This document shows positions 47,866-56,269 of a stretch of 64,000 bases of DNA, piece after piece. Origin of the DNA: a virus; the IMG/VR virus record IMGVR_UViG_3300017605_000154, positions 1-64,000 of that record. One strand, written 5' to 3'. The notes below the pieces were generated by a model. That model ran no database searches. It saw only the letters and a list, made by a program, of their open reading frames with translations, and was not told the origin of the DNA. How positions within the stretch are numbered: the stretch's first letter is position 1; each line of letters begins with the position of its first letter. The position numbers and the translations under genes are program-made.

Positions 47866-48107
47866 ATTCCCCGCATTTCTATTCCTGGTGGTTTATCGAC
47901 CTTAGGCTTCGGAGGGGGAGGAACGGCAAGTGCAATGTTGATCGGATTCCAGCGCGGCTCGCGATACGTTCTCTTCACAAGCCACAACGTACGCCATGTC
48001 CGACGCTTCACTCTCACGTAGTAGTCCGGGCGGTTTCTCTCCTCGTTCTGTAGAAACTTCTCATACGCCGTGTTAAACACGATCCTACTCATAACGCCTA
48101 CCCCCAC
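47862..48107 (-). CDS. hypothetical protein
   Basis: Coupled ORF. Confidence 0.5.
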   Translation of the reverse strand: MGVGVMSRIVFNTAYEKFLQNEERNRPDYYVRVKRRTWRTLWLVKRTYREPRWNPINIALAVPPPPKPKVDKPPGIEMRGI

Positions 48108-48270
48108 TCCATCTCACTTTCTGCCACAGACGCCGCGAACGATTTGCCAATTTCTTCTTCCATCTTGCCGCCGTTACAAGTACCTTCGTGTCCTTCGTCA
48201 AGAATGCAGATAGCGATTCCCTGCGGCCCTAGTGCAACCGGCTTCCAGCATTTCTTTCTCTTCTCGCCCA

Positions 48271-48543
48271 TCAGCAATCCATCCCGTAGCCGGTCATTTT
48301 GTCCATCTTCTTCTCGTTTGACAGCTTCGCTTTGGCTTTGTCGATCTTCGCCTTAAACTCTGGATCGCAAGTAAAGCCCCACTCGTCCAGACTGACGATC
48401 TTTCCATCCTGGCTGTAGCCAACGAAGTTCGTGTAATGCCCCATCATGCTCGTAGGCTTCGGATCATGGCAACGCCCACAATGATAGTGGGATTCCAGTC
48501 CGATCGGTTCTTCACATATATCGCAGATAGTGTAGGTCATCAT
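48271..48543 (-). CDS. Zn-finger-like hypothetical protein
   Basis: CDIC...HYHCGRC. Confidence 0.6.
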   Translation of the reverse strand: MMTYTICDICEEPIGLESHYHCGRCHDPKPTSMMGHYTNFVGYSQDGKIVSLDEWGFTCDPEFKAKIDKAKAKLSNEKKMDKMTGYGMDC

Positions 48544-48716
48544 CGATCCCTACGGGATGGCTGTAGCGGCCCTTCGAACAGAAGACCGCCAACAATTACT
48601 CCGAAAGCGAATCCGGCCATGAACCAATCCAGTCCGGCGAGTGAGAGAAGTATAGCGATAAATACGGTTACGATAAACAGCGCATACTTGATCTTTTCGA
48701 TCTTAGTGCTATACAT
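48540..48716 (-). CDS. 58-aa two-TM membrane protein (not in ORF track)
   Basis: MYSTKIEKIKYALFIVTVFIAILLSLAGLDWFMAGFAFGVIVGGLLF...; ATGA coupling. Confidence 0.55.
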   Translation of the reverse strand: MYSTKIEKIKYALFIVTVFIAILLSLAGLDWFMAGFAFGVIVGGLLFEGPLQPSRRDR

Positions 48717-48746
48717 TACAAATACCGTAGGTAATGTAGGTCATCG

Positions 48747-50003
48747 TCATCTATCGCGATTGAGTTCGTATCCGTCTGCAAGCATGCCCTTCCAATCACT
48801 GCCATCGTCTTTCGAAAGGCAAGGAGCGCGGAACTGGCATCGTGTGCAGTAGCCGAGACGAGACGGAGATTTGTAGATGCGTGGTTCATCGAGCATATCA
48901 AGCGCAACCATTCGGAGTTCTTCGCCGGTGGCTCGGATTTCGTGGACATTCCTCCTCGCAAAGTCGCGTTGGATAAACACCTTGTCGCCTTCGGCCAGAA
49001 GATACTCGTAGTACCCCTGAGCCTTAGGATCGTCGTGGAACCAATCGACAAGGCCCATGTCGCGAACCGTGTCGGAGAACATCTGCGCAGTCGTACCTTC
49101 CTTCGATCTATCAAGACTCGGGAATCCCCTAGTCGTGATTGTTGGAGGCTTGGGATACACCTTGCGCAGCGCGTTGCAAACCACGTCTTCGATGTGCTTC
49201 CAGGGAAGATCGTGAATTTCCGCTTCCGTTACTGACGCCCAGATATACGTAGAGAACTGCGGATCGTTCTCAAGAGATTCGAAGTAATCTTCGTCCACCT
49301 TGCTCGCAGTCTTATGATCGAAGATTCCATACTGGCGCTTAGGCGGTCGATCGGGCCAAAAGACAATGGCATCTCGTTTGCCTCTAGCATGGACTTCAAG
49401 AGACTTTCCGTAATTCGGTGATTCTTCCCGAAGATCAACACGCTCGAACCCAAGAGGGATAGAGAAGGTAGATTCCGCAGCCACCACTTCAAAGTCATCT
49501 TCACGGGCGGCATACTCCTTGTAGAAGGTCATCATGCCAACCCCAAGGTCTTTGAAGCCCATGAACTCTTCCTCGTCCGGCGAAGGTAGAAGATCGCGAA
49601 GACCTTGAACCTCGTACATCGCCGGCTTGGTCTTTGTAGCCTTGGAAATCAGCACCGGATTCACGTCGTACGTGTACTCTAGCTCGTCCTCCGGAATCTT
49701 TCCACCTTCCCACTGAAGCTTGAACCACGTCAGGAAGGATTCCACCGGATCGCGCTTTAGCACAGGATTGTAATAACGCTCAAGTGCGAAGTGCGCTCCG
49801 CCCCCATACCAGAGGTTTACATTGATGCCGTGATACTGCACCTTACGCCGCAAATTCGTGCGCGTAGGAGACGACCAATCCCAATACCTTCGGCATCGCT
49901 TAAAGCTCGCGATGTCCGAGGCGTGAATAGGGATAATGTCGTACTTTGAAGGCTTCTCAGGAGGGACGGCAAGCCCTGCTGGAATCTCGATCTTACCACT
50001 CAC
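48747..50003 (-). CDS. Cas4/RecB-like PD-(D/E)xK exonuclease with Fe-S cysteines
   Basis: FKRCRR, AAES, RGKRD, FDHKT, QFSTY, CTRCQFRAPC; AAGGAG SD before GTG 50003. Confidence 0.85.
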   Translation of the reverse strand: MSGKIEIPAGLAVPPEKPSKYDIIPIHASDIASFKRCRRYWDWSSPTRTNLRRKVQYHGINVNLWYGGGAHFALERYYNPVLKRDPVESFLTWFKLQWEGGKIPEDELEYTYDVNPVLISKATKTKPAMYEVQGLRDLLPSPDEEEFMGFKDLGVGMMTFYKEYAAREDDFEVVAAESTFSIPLGFERVDLREESPNYGKSLEVHARGKRDAIVFWPDRPPKRQYGIFDHKTASKVDEDYFESLENDPQFSTYIWASVTEAEIHDLPWKHIEDVVCNALRKVYPKPPTITTRGFPSLDRSKEGTTAQMFSDTVRDMGLVDWFHDDPKAQGYYEYLLAEGDKVFIQRDFARRNVHEIRATGEELRMVALDMLDEPRIYKSPSRLGYCTRCQFRAPCLSKDDGSDWKGMLADGYELNRDR

Positions 50004-50009
50004 GGGGAA

Positions 50010-50148
50010 CTCCTTTCTATCCCTTGGATAGCACCCACTCTTGGCAAAGGTGGGGATTTTAGTTGGGGCACCTATTTTAGAAGTTGTGCCCCCCTGCCTT
50101 CTGCCGTCGGTTCCCCCTACGGGCTGGATCGAAGACAGCCACGCAGGA
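50010..50148 (-). promoter_or_regulatory. structured 5' UTR of the replication operon (four hairpins ending at the SD)
   Basis: GGUUCC/GGAACC, GGGGCAC/GUGCCCC, CCCAC/GUGGG, CUAUCC/GGAUAG. Confidence 0.55.
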
Positions 50149-50154
50149 ACCCTC

Positions 50155-50183
50155 ATCCTCGCAGGGTGGCGGCGAGATGTCAA
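50155..50183 (-). promoter_or_regulatory. probable promoter
   Basis: TTGACA-17 nt-GAGGAT with TGn extension. Confidence 0.55.
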
Positions 50184-50245
50184 GAGCGCCCTCCGCTGTG
50201 GAGGGGTCAGGTGTCATCTGGCCGTTGCCCGAGCCGACAACGCAA

Positions 50246-50875
50246 TTATCTATTCTTGTCGTTATACAATCTCTTTGCTTCGTTCCATTCTTTCTCTGTG
50301 ATCTTACCGTGCCTATACCAACCTCGGAATCTTTCCCAGCAAGTCCGACAGTCGCTCGTTACATTGCGAGCAAACCCCCCACAGGCAGAGCAGACTTCAA
50401 GACCTCTGTTGTTGCGTTTCTCTTGACGCCAACGAGAGTGCGCATTTATCGAGTGTTCGTCTTTCCGCTGGATCGACGTTAGTTCCAACATCAAACGACG
50501 AACTACTGATTTTTGCAGCCTCCTCTCACCACCTAGCAAACCTCTACGGATCGTTGTTGGCGACAAACCAGTACGCCTTGCGAGTTCTTGCGCTCCAATG
50601 CGGTTGGCTGCTTCTCGAAAGAATGGTGCGACTGCGTTGACTGGCACCAGACCATTGTGCGGCCCTGGAAACTTGAGCTTGTTCCAGTTGGTGCACAATC
50701 TGCATCTAGATACGAATTGCCCTTTCCTCTCACCGCTCTTGTGCGTGTAGAAATACTTGTCTGTCGCGGGAAGATACGTAGGTTCTTCGTGGGCAGGGCC
50801 AGTGCAACGCTTGTACCACCGACCGTGAATCTGCTTGTACGTGCCCCTAGCAATCTGTTCTTTGCTAGGTTTCAT
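50246..50875 (-). CDS. Zn-finger plus HTH DNA-binding protein
   Basis: KRC...CRLC, AQELARRTGLSPTTIRR, CSAC..CRTC. Confidence 0.7.
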   Translation of the reverse strand: MKPSKEQIARGTYKQIHGRWYKRCTGPAHEEPTYLPATDKYFYTHKSGERKGQFVSRCRLCTNWNKLKFPGPHNGLVPVNAVAPFFREAANRIGAQELARRTGLSPTTIRRGLLGGERRLQKSVVRRLMLELTSIQRKDEHSINAHSRWRQEKRNNRGLEVCSACGGFARNVTSDCRTCWERFRGWYRHGKITEKEWNEAKRLYNDKNR

Positions 50876-51452
50876 CTGCCACTTTATTTACAGCCCACAT
50901 CGGACAGTACACATACTGAGTGCCGTCGTACATCTGCTTGACGACATACAGATCGACGTACATATCCACGACGAGGTAGCCAGGATCGTAGTCAGATTCA
51001 AAGCCACCGAATCCTGCTGAATAGTAGCCTGGGCTAGAAGCTCCGATTGCTTTACGCACTTTGCCGATGATCCACCCGAAGGAATCCTCCGGCCAAACCA
51101 TGACTGTTTTGTTCGTGATCTGTCCTGCGCCAAACTTGGCCCGTGGATACTTAGCAAAGCGTTCACGCGCAAGCTCGGTGTGAAGCATCTCTCCGTATTC
51201 TTCACGGGGGTACAGACCATCGATAATCTTCCAGCCTAACGGCGCTCGAAACTCTTCCGAATTTCCAAAGATGCTGTTCTTTGTCAGTCCCTTGATAGAG
51301 GAGGGATCATCCTTGTAGCCATCTTCGTACAGCTTCTTGTAGCGAGCGACGCCTGCGCGATGAGTGAAGTGAACCCGCGTCCCGAAAGGAAGCAGTTCGA
51401 AATCAGAGGCAAGCGCAAGCGGTGGAGAGTGACGTCTCGTTTTTGTTTTCAT
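50865..51452 (-). CDS. hypothetical protein
   Basis: Coupled ORF. Confidence 0.65.
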   Translation of the reverse strand: MKTKTRRHSPPLALASDFELLPFGTRVHFTHRAGVARYKKLYEDGYKDDPSSIKGLTKNSIFGNSEEFRAPLGWKIIDGLYPREEYGEMLHTELARERFAKYPRAKFGAGQITNKTVMVWPEDSFGWIIGKVRKAIGASSPGYYSAGFGGFESDYDPGYLVVDMYVDLYVVKQMYDGTQYVYCPMWAVNKVADET

Positions 51453-51456
51453 GGCC

Positions 51457-52941
51457 TCAGTCCGTGAAGATTTGATTGAACCAATTTTCCTTCATGTTGT
51501 TCAAGTCTAGCACTCGCTTGTCGATTGTGGTGTTAGCGTTGATGTGGATAATCTCCACTGCGCCAATTTGCCCTGGACGCCACAACCTTGAGACTGCCTG
51601 CGAGTTTCTAGCTGGTGACCAATCTCTGTCAAGGAACACTCCGTACTGTGCTGATGACAAGTTGATCGACTCACCGCCGAGTGCAATGGTGGACATGAAC
51701 ACCTGATGCTTCTTCTGGGGGAACAGATCATGCCACTTCTCGTACCGAGTGCGCTCCGAATCCTTCTCCTCCATGTGGATATAGGGAATGCCAATCTTGT
51801 CGAAGCGATGAGCTAGCAGCTTGAGGGGATCTTTGAAGTTGGAGAAGACCACGACCTGCTGCCGCTCCTCTTCATCCCACTCCAAACTTTCCAGTAGCTC
51901 CATGAACGCATCCAGCTTGGATGATGGCTCTACTAGCTTGACAACTTGCACTCGCCGCTCGAGTTTTGGATCGAAGTACGAATCGACTAGCTCAGGCGTC
52001 GCAACCGAAATCTGCCGCAACCTACTAAGCTGCGAGAGAACGTTCGGACTATGGATCGGATAGCCCTGCTGGTCGAGAGCCTGAAGATCCTTGAGAATCC
52101 CCTGGTACATCTTCTTCTGCGTAGCGTTAAGCTCGACGTCGATAGAGTGGAAGATCGGTTCCTTAATGTGTGGATGCACTTCCTGCATGGTACGACGAGG
52201 ACCGAGAGACTTGCGAAGTGCAATGAACTCATCCTTGGTTGCGGGGTTGAGTCCTACGATCTTCGAATACCCGTGCCAGTCAACTTCTTCCAAACAGAAG
52301 TGCTTACGGAAGCGCCAATAAGAACCGAACTTCTGGCGATCCAAGAAGTTGAGCAGCGACCAAATCTCTGCAGGCTTGTTGATGAATCCAGTACCCGTCA
52401 TAAGATGACGATAGTTCATCTTCATCATCTTGATGTTGCGCGACCACTGCGTCTTACGATTCATAATCTTGTGAGCTTCGTCCAATCCTACGAATGCCCA
52501 CTCCAAGCCGCCGAGAATCTCCTTCATCGGAGACTTGTTCATAAAGCAATGGTAGTGCGCGATGACAACCTTCTTGCCTTCGCCATGCAGCATGGTCTGT
52601 ACGAATTCATCCAGGTCTACAGGAATGCGTACGTCGGATGGAAGCATCAACGCTTCGGCATGCTTCGTGCCAACGTTGAAGACTTGCCAATCATTCACGT
52701 CCCAGCACTTAGGGATGCAGTCGAAGTATGCACCCTTGCCAGACTTCGTAGTAACAATCAGGATATTGCCTGAATCTTCGATCACACGGTCAATCAGCCA
52801 AAGTCCTGTACTCGTCTTGAAGACGCCCATGCTTGACCAGTTCGCAGAATATGGCTTGCTGGCGAGGAACTCAATATCTTCCTCCTGCCAGTCGCGGGTT
52901 TCGTACCGCTCAAGCTCTGCGAAATGCAGTGCGGCCATCAC
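51457..52941 (-). CDS. SNF2-family helicase
   Basis: MGVFKT, LDEAH, MTGT, VVVFS, GESINL, QAVSRLWRPGQ. Confidence 0.9.
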   Translation of the reverse strand: MMAALHFAELERYETRDWQEEDIEFLASKPYSANWSSMGVFKTSTGLWLIDRVIEDSGNILIVTTKSGKGAYFDCIPKCWDVNDWQVFNVGTKHAEALMLPSDVRIPVDLDEFVQTMLHGEGKKVVIAHYHCFMNKSPMKEILGGLEWAFVGLDEAHKIMNRKTQWSRNIKMMKMNYRHLMTGTGFINKPAEIWSLLNFLDRQKFGSYWRFRKHFCLEEVDWHGYSKIVGLNPATKDEFIALRKSLGPRRTMQEVHPHIKEPIFHSIDVELNATQKKMYQGILKDLQALDQQGYPIHSPNVLSQLSRLRQISVATPELVDSYFDPKLERRVQVVKLVEPSSKLDAFMELLESLEWDEEERQQVVVFSNFKDPLKLLAHRFDKIGIPYIHMEEKDSERTRYEKWHDLFPQKKHQVFMSTIALGGESINLSSAQYGVFLDRDWSPARNSQAVSRLWRPGQIGAVEIIHINANTTIDKRVLDLNNMKENWFNQIFTD

Positions 52942-53156
52942 TTACCTCCCTTCGTTATAATATCGCAGTACACGTAGTCGTTGTATTGTACTATAATGGC
53001 GTCTGAGATAGAGTCTTCGATATCGTTGTAGCTTCCACCTTTCTGCAGTAGCTCAATTACTGCGTATCTCAACTTCTTCTTGGCGTCCTTTATTTCTTGC
53101 GGCTCTCCTGGATCACGAAGTGTCATCTTATTTGTTCTCTGCGAGAGCAGCATCAA
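52938..53156 (-). CDS. hypothetical protein
   Basis: Coupled ORF. Confidence 0.5.
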   Translation of the reverse strand: MMLLSQRTNKMTLRDPGEPQEIKDAKKKLRYAVIELLQKGGSYNDIEDSISDAIIVQYNDYVYCDIITKGGK

Positions 53157-53319
53157 TCTCGCGCTTCCAATACGGCCCGTCCGCAGCGGAATCCAAGTGA
53201 TCCCATTGGCGGATACGTCGCAGTAGATTGGCTAGCTCATCCGCGCGAGCTTCCGCAGCTTCCCGCAGCATTACCTGTTCCTTAATTTCATTGAGAACTT
53301 GGCGTTCTACATTGCTCAT
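53128..53319 (-). CDS. hypothetical protein
   Basis: Coupled ORF. Confidence 0.6.
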   Translation of the reverse strand: MSNVERQVLNEIKEQVMLREAAEARADELANLLRRIRQWDHLDSAADGPYWKREIDAALAENK

Positions 53320-53636
53320 GCCATGCCTGTTTCGATTGCTTGGCAGATTCGGCAGCCCATCGGATGCCCTTGTGTATAAATGTGGACAGCGCCATCTATC
53401 CCTACACCGTCGATTGGCGCATGCGGTTGCGCGGCTACTGCATGAAGCGCGATCTTAGCAGCCTCCGTACGTCCGGCCAGAGCGACAAGCTCGATGAGTC
53501 CTTGCCACCCATCGTTGACGATAGCGACGGTCGCGTCATCGGCTTGCGGCGGGACAAGTGGCGCGAGGTTGAGAGCATGCACGACCTTCGCTCTACTCTC
53601 CTGCACGGTGGCGGCGTTCTGTTCCGAAGTGGTCAT
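53316..53636 (-). CDS. hypothetical protein
   Basis: Coupled ORF. Confidence 0.6.
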   Translation of the reverse strand: MTTSEQNAATVQESRAKVVHALNLAPLVPPQADDATVAIVNDGWQGLIELVALAGRTEAAKIALHAVAAQPHAPIDGVGIDGAVHIYTQGHPMGCRICQAIETGMA

Positions 53637-53899
53637 GCCAGCAACTTTCCAAGACCATAGAGAATTAGAAACAGCCCACCGAGTAGGAGCAGGCCGGTGA
53701 TAGCCAAAAGAAAAACAATTATGAGGTTCACTACCGCATCTTCTTCCCCCTCTTGGAATTTGTCCATCAGTGGATCAGTCATGCCAGACCTCCTGCATTG
53801 CTTACACTGGTGTCTCGGCTTAGAAAGACTGTGATACTTGACATGTTGAATTGCGAGGACTTGCTCTTTCGTTAGCTTGTAGCTGCCGTATGTTCTCAT
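53633..53899 (-). CDS. membrane protein (internal AGGAGG start at MTDPL possible)
   Basis: C-terminal TM segment. Confidence 0.55.
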   Translation of the reverse strand: MRTYGSYKLTKEQVLAIQHVKYHSLSKPRHQCKQCRRSGMTDPLMDKFQEGEEDAVVNLIIVFLLAITGLLLLGGLFLILYGLGKLLA

Positions 53900-53909
53900 A
53901 GGCCATTCC

Positions 53910-53938
53910 GATGTGGGGGGTTGTTAGCCCCCCACATC
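53910..53938 (-). terminator. hairpin terminator
   Basis: GATGTGGGGGG/CCCCCCACATC 11-bp stem directly after the 53948 stop. Confidence 0.7.
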
Positions 53939-53947
53939 TGTCGAAGT

Positions 53948-54814
53948 TTAGCCGTTGCCCATCGGGGCGCAAACGCCGTGGTACAGCTTAGTGTACTTCG
54001 GGCACTTCTTGACCTTCTTCTCGATGTACACCTTCTTGATCTTTACCTTGTACTTCACGACCACCTTGGTCTTGACCTTGACCTTCACCTTGGTCTTGAC
54101 CTTGGTCACTGTCTTGGTAATCTCCCTAATCGGCGGCGTCACGATGCGATCCACATACACGATTGTAGTGGTTGTCGTATTCGGCGGCACCTTAGGATCG
54201 GTAGGTCGTGGAGCGCATTCGTCGTTAGTTCCGCCGAATGCGTCTACTCCACCATCCTTATCTGCCCCGATAAACTTACAAGGCGGATGAGACGGTGGAA
54301 CTACAATCGGAACGCAAGCGCCGTTAACCAGCATGTAGCCCGGTGGAACCTCAGACTGGTTGCCCTGAAGATTCTCACAAACATCGACAGGATGCTGCGG
54401 CTCGACACAAGTTGGTCGACCGTTCTCATCCTCTGATGCGATCAAACCTTCCGGCACTGACTCTTGCACACCTACGATATTTGTACAAACGTCATCGTGT
54501 GGAGGCGTACAATGCTCCTCACAATCCTGACCGTCTGGACAACTTGGCTCTCCCTGCCCCGTATCGTAAGCGACAACAAGACTACGATTCTGGCCGTCCG
54601 CAAAAAATCCGCCGATCCCAGGAAAATCGGGAATGGCATTCACGGAAACGCTGATCGGATTCTGTCCTGTCTGTAGTCGCTCATCGACCCCCGGTGTTCC
54701 AACGTACTTGCAAACGAACACCTTATCAGGATGCTCGTAACCTGCCGTAGCTGTCTGTACTAGCCCAACTAGTGCCACGACTACTACGGCAAGCGCCGCA
54801 AGGATCTTCTTCAT
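53948..54814 (-). CDS. secreted Cys-rich protein with D.C.N..G.Q..VP.G repeats and a KV-alternating basic tail
   Basis: Signal peptide MKKILAALAVVVVALVGLVQTATA; DVCTNIVGVQESVPEG / DVCENLQGNQSEVPPG; KVKTKVKVKVKTKVVVK. Confidence 0.8.
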   Translation of the reverse strand: MKKILAALAVVVVALVGLVQTATAGYEHPDKVFVCKYVGTPGVDERLQTGQNPISVSVNAIPDFPGIGGFFADGQNRSLVVAYDTGQGEPSCPDGQDCEEHCTPPHDDVCTNIVGVQESVPEGLIASEDENGRPTCVEPQHPVDVCENLQGNQSEVPPGYMLVNGACVPIVVPPSHPPCKFIGADKDGGVDAFGGTNDECAPRPTDPKVPPNTTTTTIVYVDRIVTPPIREITKTVTKVKTKVKVKVKTKVVVKYKVKIKKVYIEKKVKKCPKYTKLYHGVCAPMGNG

Positions 54815-54821
54815 TGCCCCT

Positions 54822-55367
54822 CTATTCTTTCATCAACCATATTTCGGCACTCACTTGTGCAATTGCCTGCTTCGCCGCATTTTGCAAGCCTCTGCGTTGG
54901 TATCGTTCTTTCAATGTCCTATAGCGTCTCCTCCATGATCGACATTCTTGGGTCTTCGTGCAGAATTGGGCACCGTTACGTGCCCCGACGAGAACTGAGC
55001 CGCACGATAAACAGTGCGGACGATTGTGTTCGTAAACTTGTTGTCTCGCATTCGCAATCGAATACCCATGATGTAGCAAAATCTCGAGCGCGTTCGCATT
55101 ACGAGCAAGCCACCGCTCATCCCTACATTTGGGACATAACTTACGGTGCGCCTGATCTTTTGCGAACCCCTCCCCACAGGAGAGACAGGCGACGGTGGTA
55201 ACTCCTGAACATTTTGGACACCACCCTGTTACTTCATCTAGCTCATCGACTAACTCTCCGCAAGATGGACATATCTCAAGATCATGTATGTCGGCAGGGC
55301 GCACGGGATCAGTGCGGTCACCATTGCCCGTTACAGCCTCTAGCCCACGCCCTGCCAACTCTGTCAA
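54822..55367 (-). CDS. multi-Zn-finger protein
   Basis: Five CxxC pairs plus FCTKTQEC. Confidence 0.65.
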   Translation of the reverse strand: MTELAGRGLEAVTGNGDRTDPVRPADIHDLEICPSCGELVDELDEVTGWCPKCSGVTTVACLSCGEGFAKDQAHRKLCPKCRDERWLARNANALEILLHHGYSIANARQQVYEHNRPHCLSCGSVLVGARNGAQFCTKTQECRSWRRRYRTLKERYQRRGLQNAAKQAIAQVSAEIWLMKE

Positions 55368-55390
55368 ATCAGCCTTTCACACGCTAGCCC

Positions 55391-55900
55391 CTAAGGGCCG
55401 GGACAACTCCATCCGTCGCCGAATCTAGCATAATGACCAAGTGCTGCGTTGTATTGGTCACGCGGCGTATGTCTTACATGCCAAGGCGGTGCCCCCATGT
55501 ATGCAGCATCCGCGTTATATTCTCTCCACGAAATTCCGAACGCACTGACGAAGCTACTGTTACTGTGTTCCCAATTAAAGTGCGTCTCGCAACGGGCGAC
55601 ACCTTTCCAATTCCAAGGCAACCATGCATTCCAGTTGTACTGGTAGTCATTCCAGAATGCTTCCGCACGTTTGTAGACCTTACGTGCGATTGTACAACTA
55701 CGCTGCCAAGGAACTTCCTTACACTTCTTCTTGTTGGGCGCGAGCAACCAGCTGTGATTATTGAAGAAGCGCATTACATTTGTACTCTGCCGAAACTTGA
55801 TCGCTGCACTTTCGGACTCCTGTTTTGCACTTGCCACTTGCGTATGTCCGCTGAAGCCGGCGATGGCTAACAGCGTTAGTAACGTAGTTAGCAGCCTCAA
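55391..55900 (-). CDS. secreted Rpf/lysozyme-like transglycosylase
   Basis: Signal peptide; WKGVARCETHFNW...PRDQYNAA...GWSC resembles the Rpf WxxVAxCESxxNW...EQIxxA...WPxC core; AAGGAGG SD. Confidence 0.7.
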   Translation of the reverse strand: MRLLTTLLTLLAIAGFSGHTQVASAKQESESAAIKFRQSTNVMRFFNNHSWLLAPNKKKCKEVPWQRSCTIARKVYKRAEAFWNDYQYNWNAWLPWNWKGVARCETHFNWEHSNSSFVSAFGISWREYNADAAYMGAPPWHVRHTPRDQYNAALGHYARFGDGWSCPGP

Positions 55901-55930
55901 AACATGATCCTCCTTGTTTGTTTACAAAAC

Positions 55931-56032
55931 AGTGGAAGGGCCGCTTATGCATCTACATGTGCCCGCAGGGGGAGCGAGCATCAAGCAGAAGTTTGCAGCC
56001 CTTCCACTTTTTGCGTAGCCGTACTACGCAAA
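55931..56032 (-). ncRNA. structured element upstream of the Rpf-like gene
   Basis: 14-bp AGUGGAAGGGCUGC/GCGGCCCUUCCACU stem (U-G pair on - strand) preceded by a UUUGCGUAG/CUACGCAAA hairpin. Confidence 0.55.
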
Positions 56033-56033
56033 C

Positions 56034-56255
56034 TTAGGACACGTCTTCTCCTATGACCCCTGGTACCAATTCCCACTCAGGGAAATACTTGTGAAGAGTG
56101 TCCATCATGTCTGACTTTTCTGAATACCCCTCCGAGGGCGCGATAATCTCACCGCGTGGCCCGTCAGCCAGTATGTGAAAATACCAGAGGTTGTTTGTCG
56201 TGCGAAAGTATTCGATCCTGCGCTTCGTCTTGTTGCGCTTCAGCAAGTTGCGCAT
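56034..56255 (-). CDS. DUF1508/YegP-like protein
   Basis: WYFHILA..GEIIAPSEGY. Confidence 0.75.
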   Translation of the reverse strand: MRNLLKRNKTKRRIEYFRTTNNLWYFHILADGPRGEIIAPSEGYSEKSDMMDTLHKYFPEWELVPGVIGEDVS

Positions 56256-56269
56256 TACTCTCCGATCTT

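Noticed and set aside
48747-50003. Cas4 as part of a CRISPR adaptation module
   Set aside because: No cas1/cas2 or array; its context with Sak4-like and SSB genes is a standard phage recombination module
55897-55905. ATG TTT TGA minigene after AAGGAGG upstream of the Rpf-like gene
   Set aside because: SD-ATG spacing is only 3 nt; the same SD is well spaced (8 nt) for the TTG start at 55900
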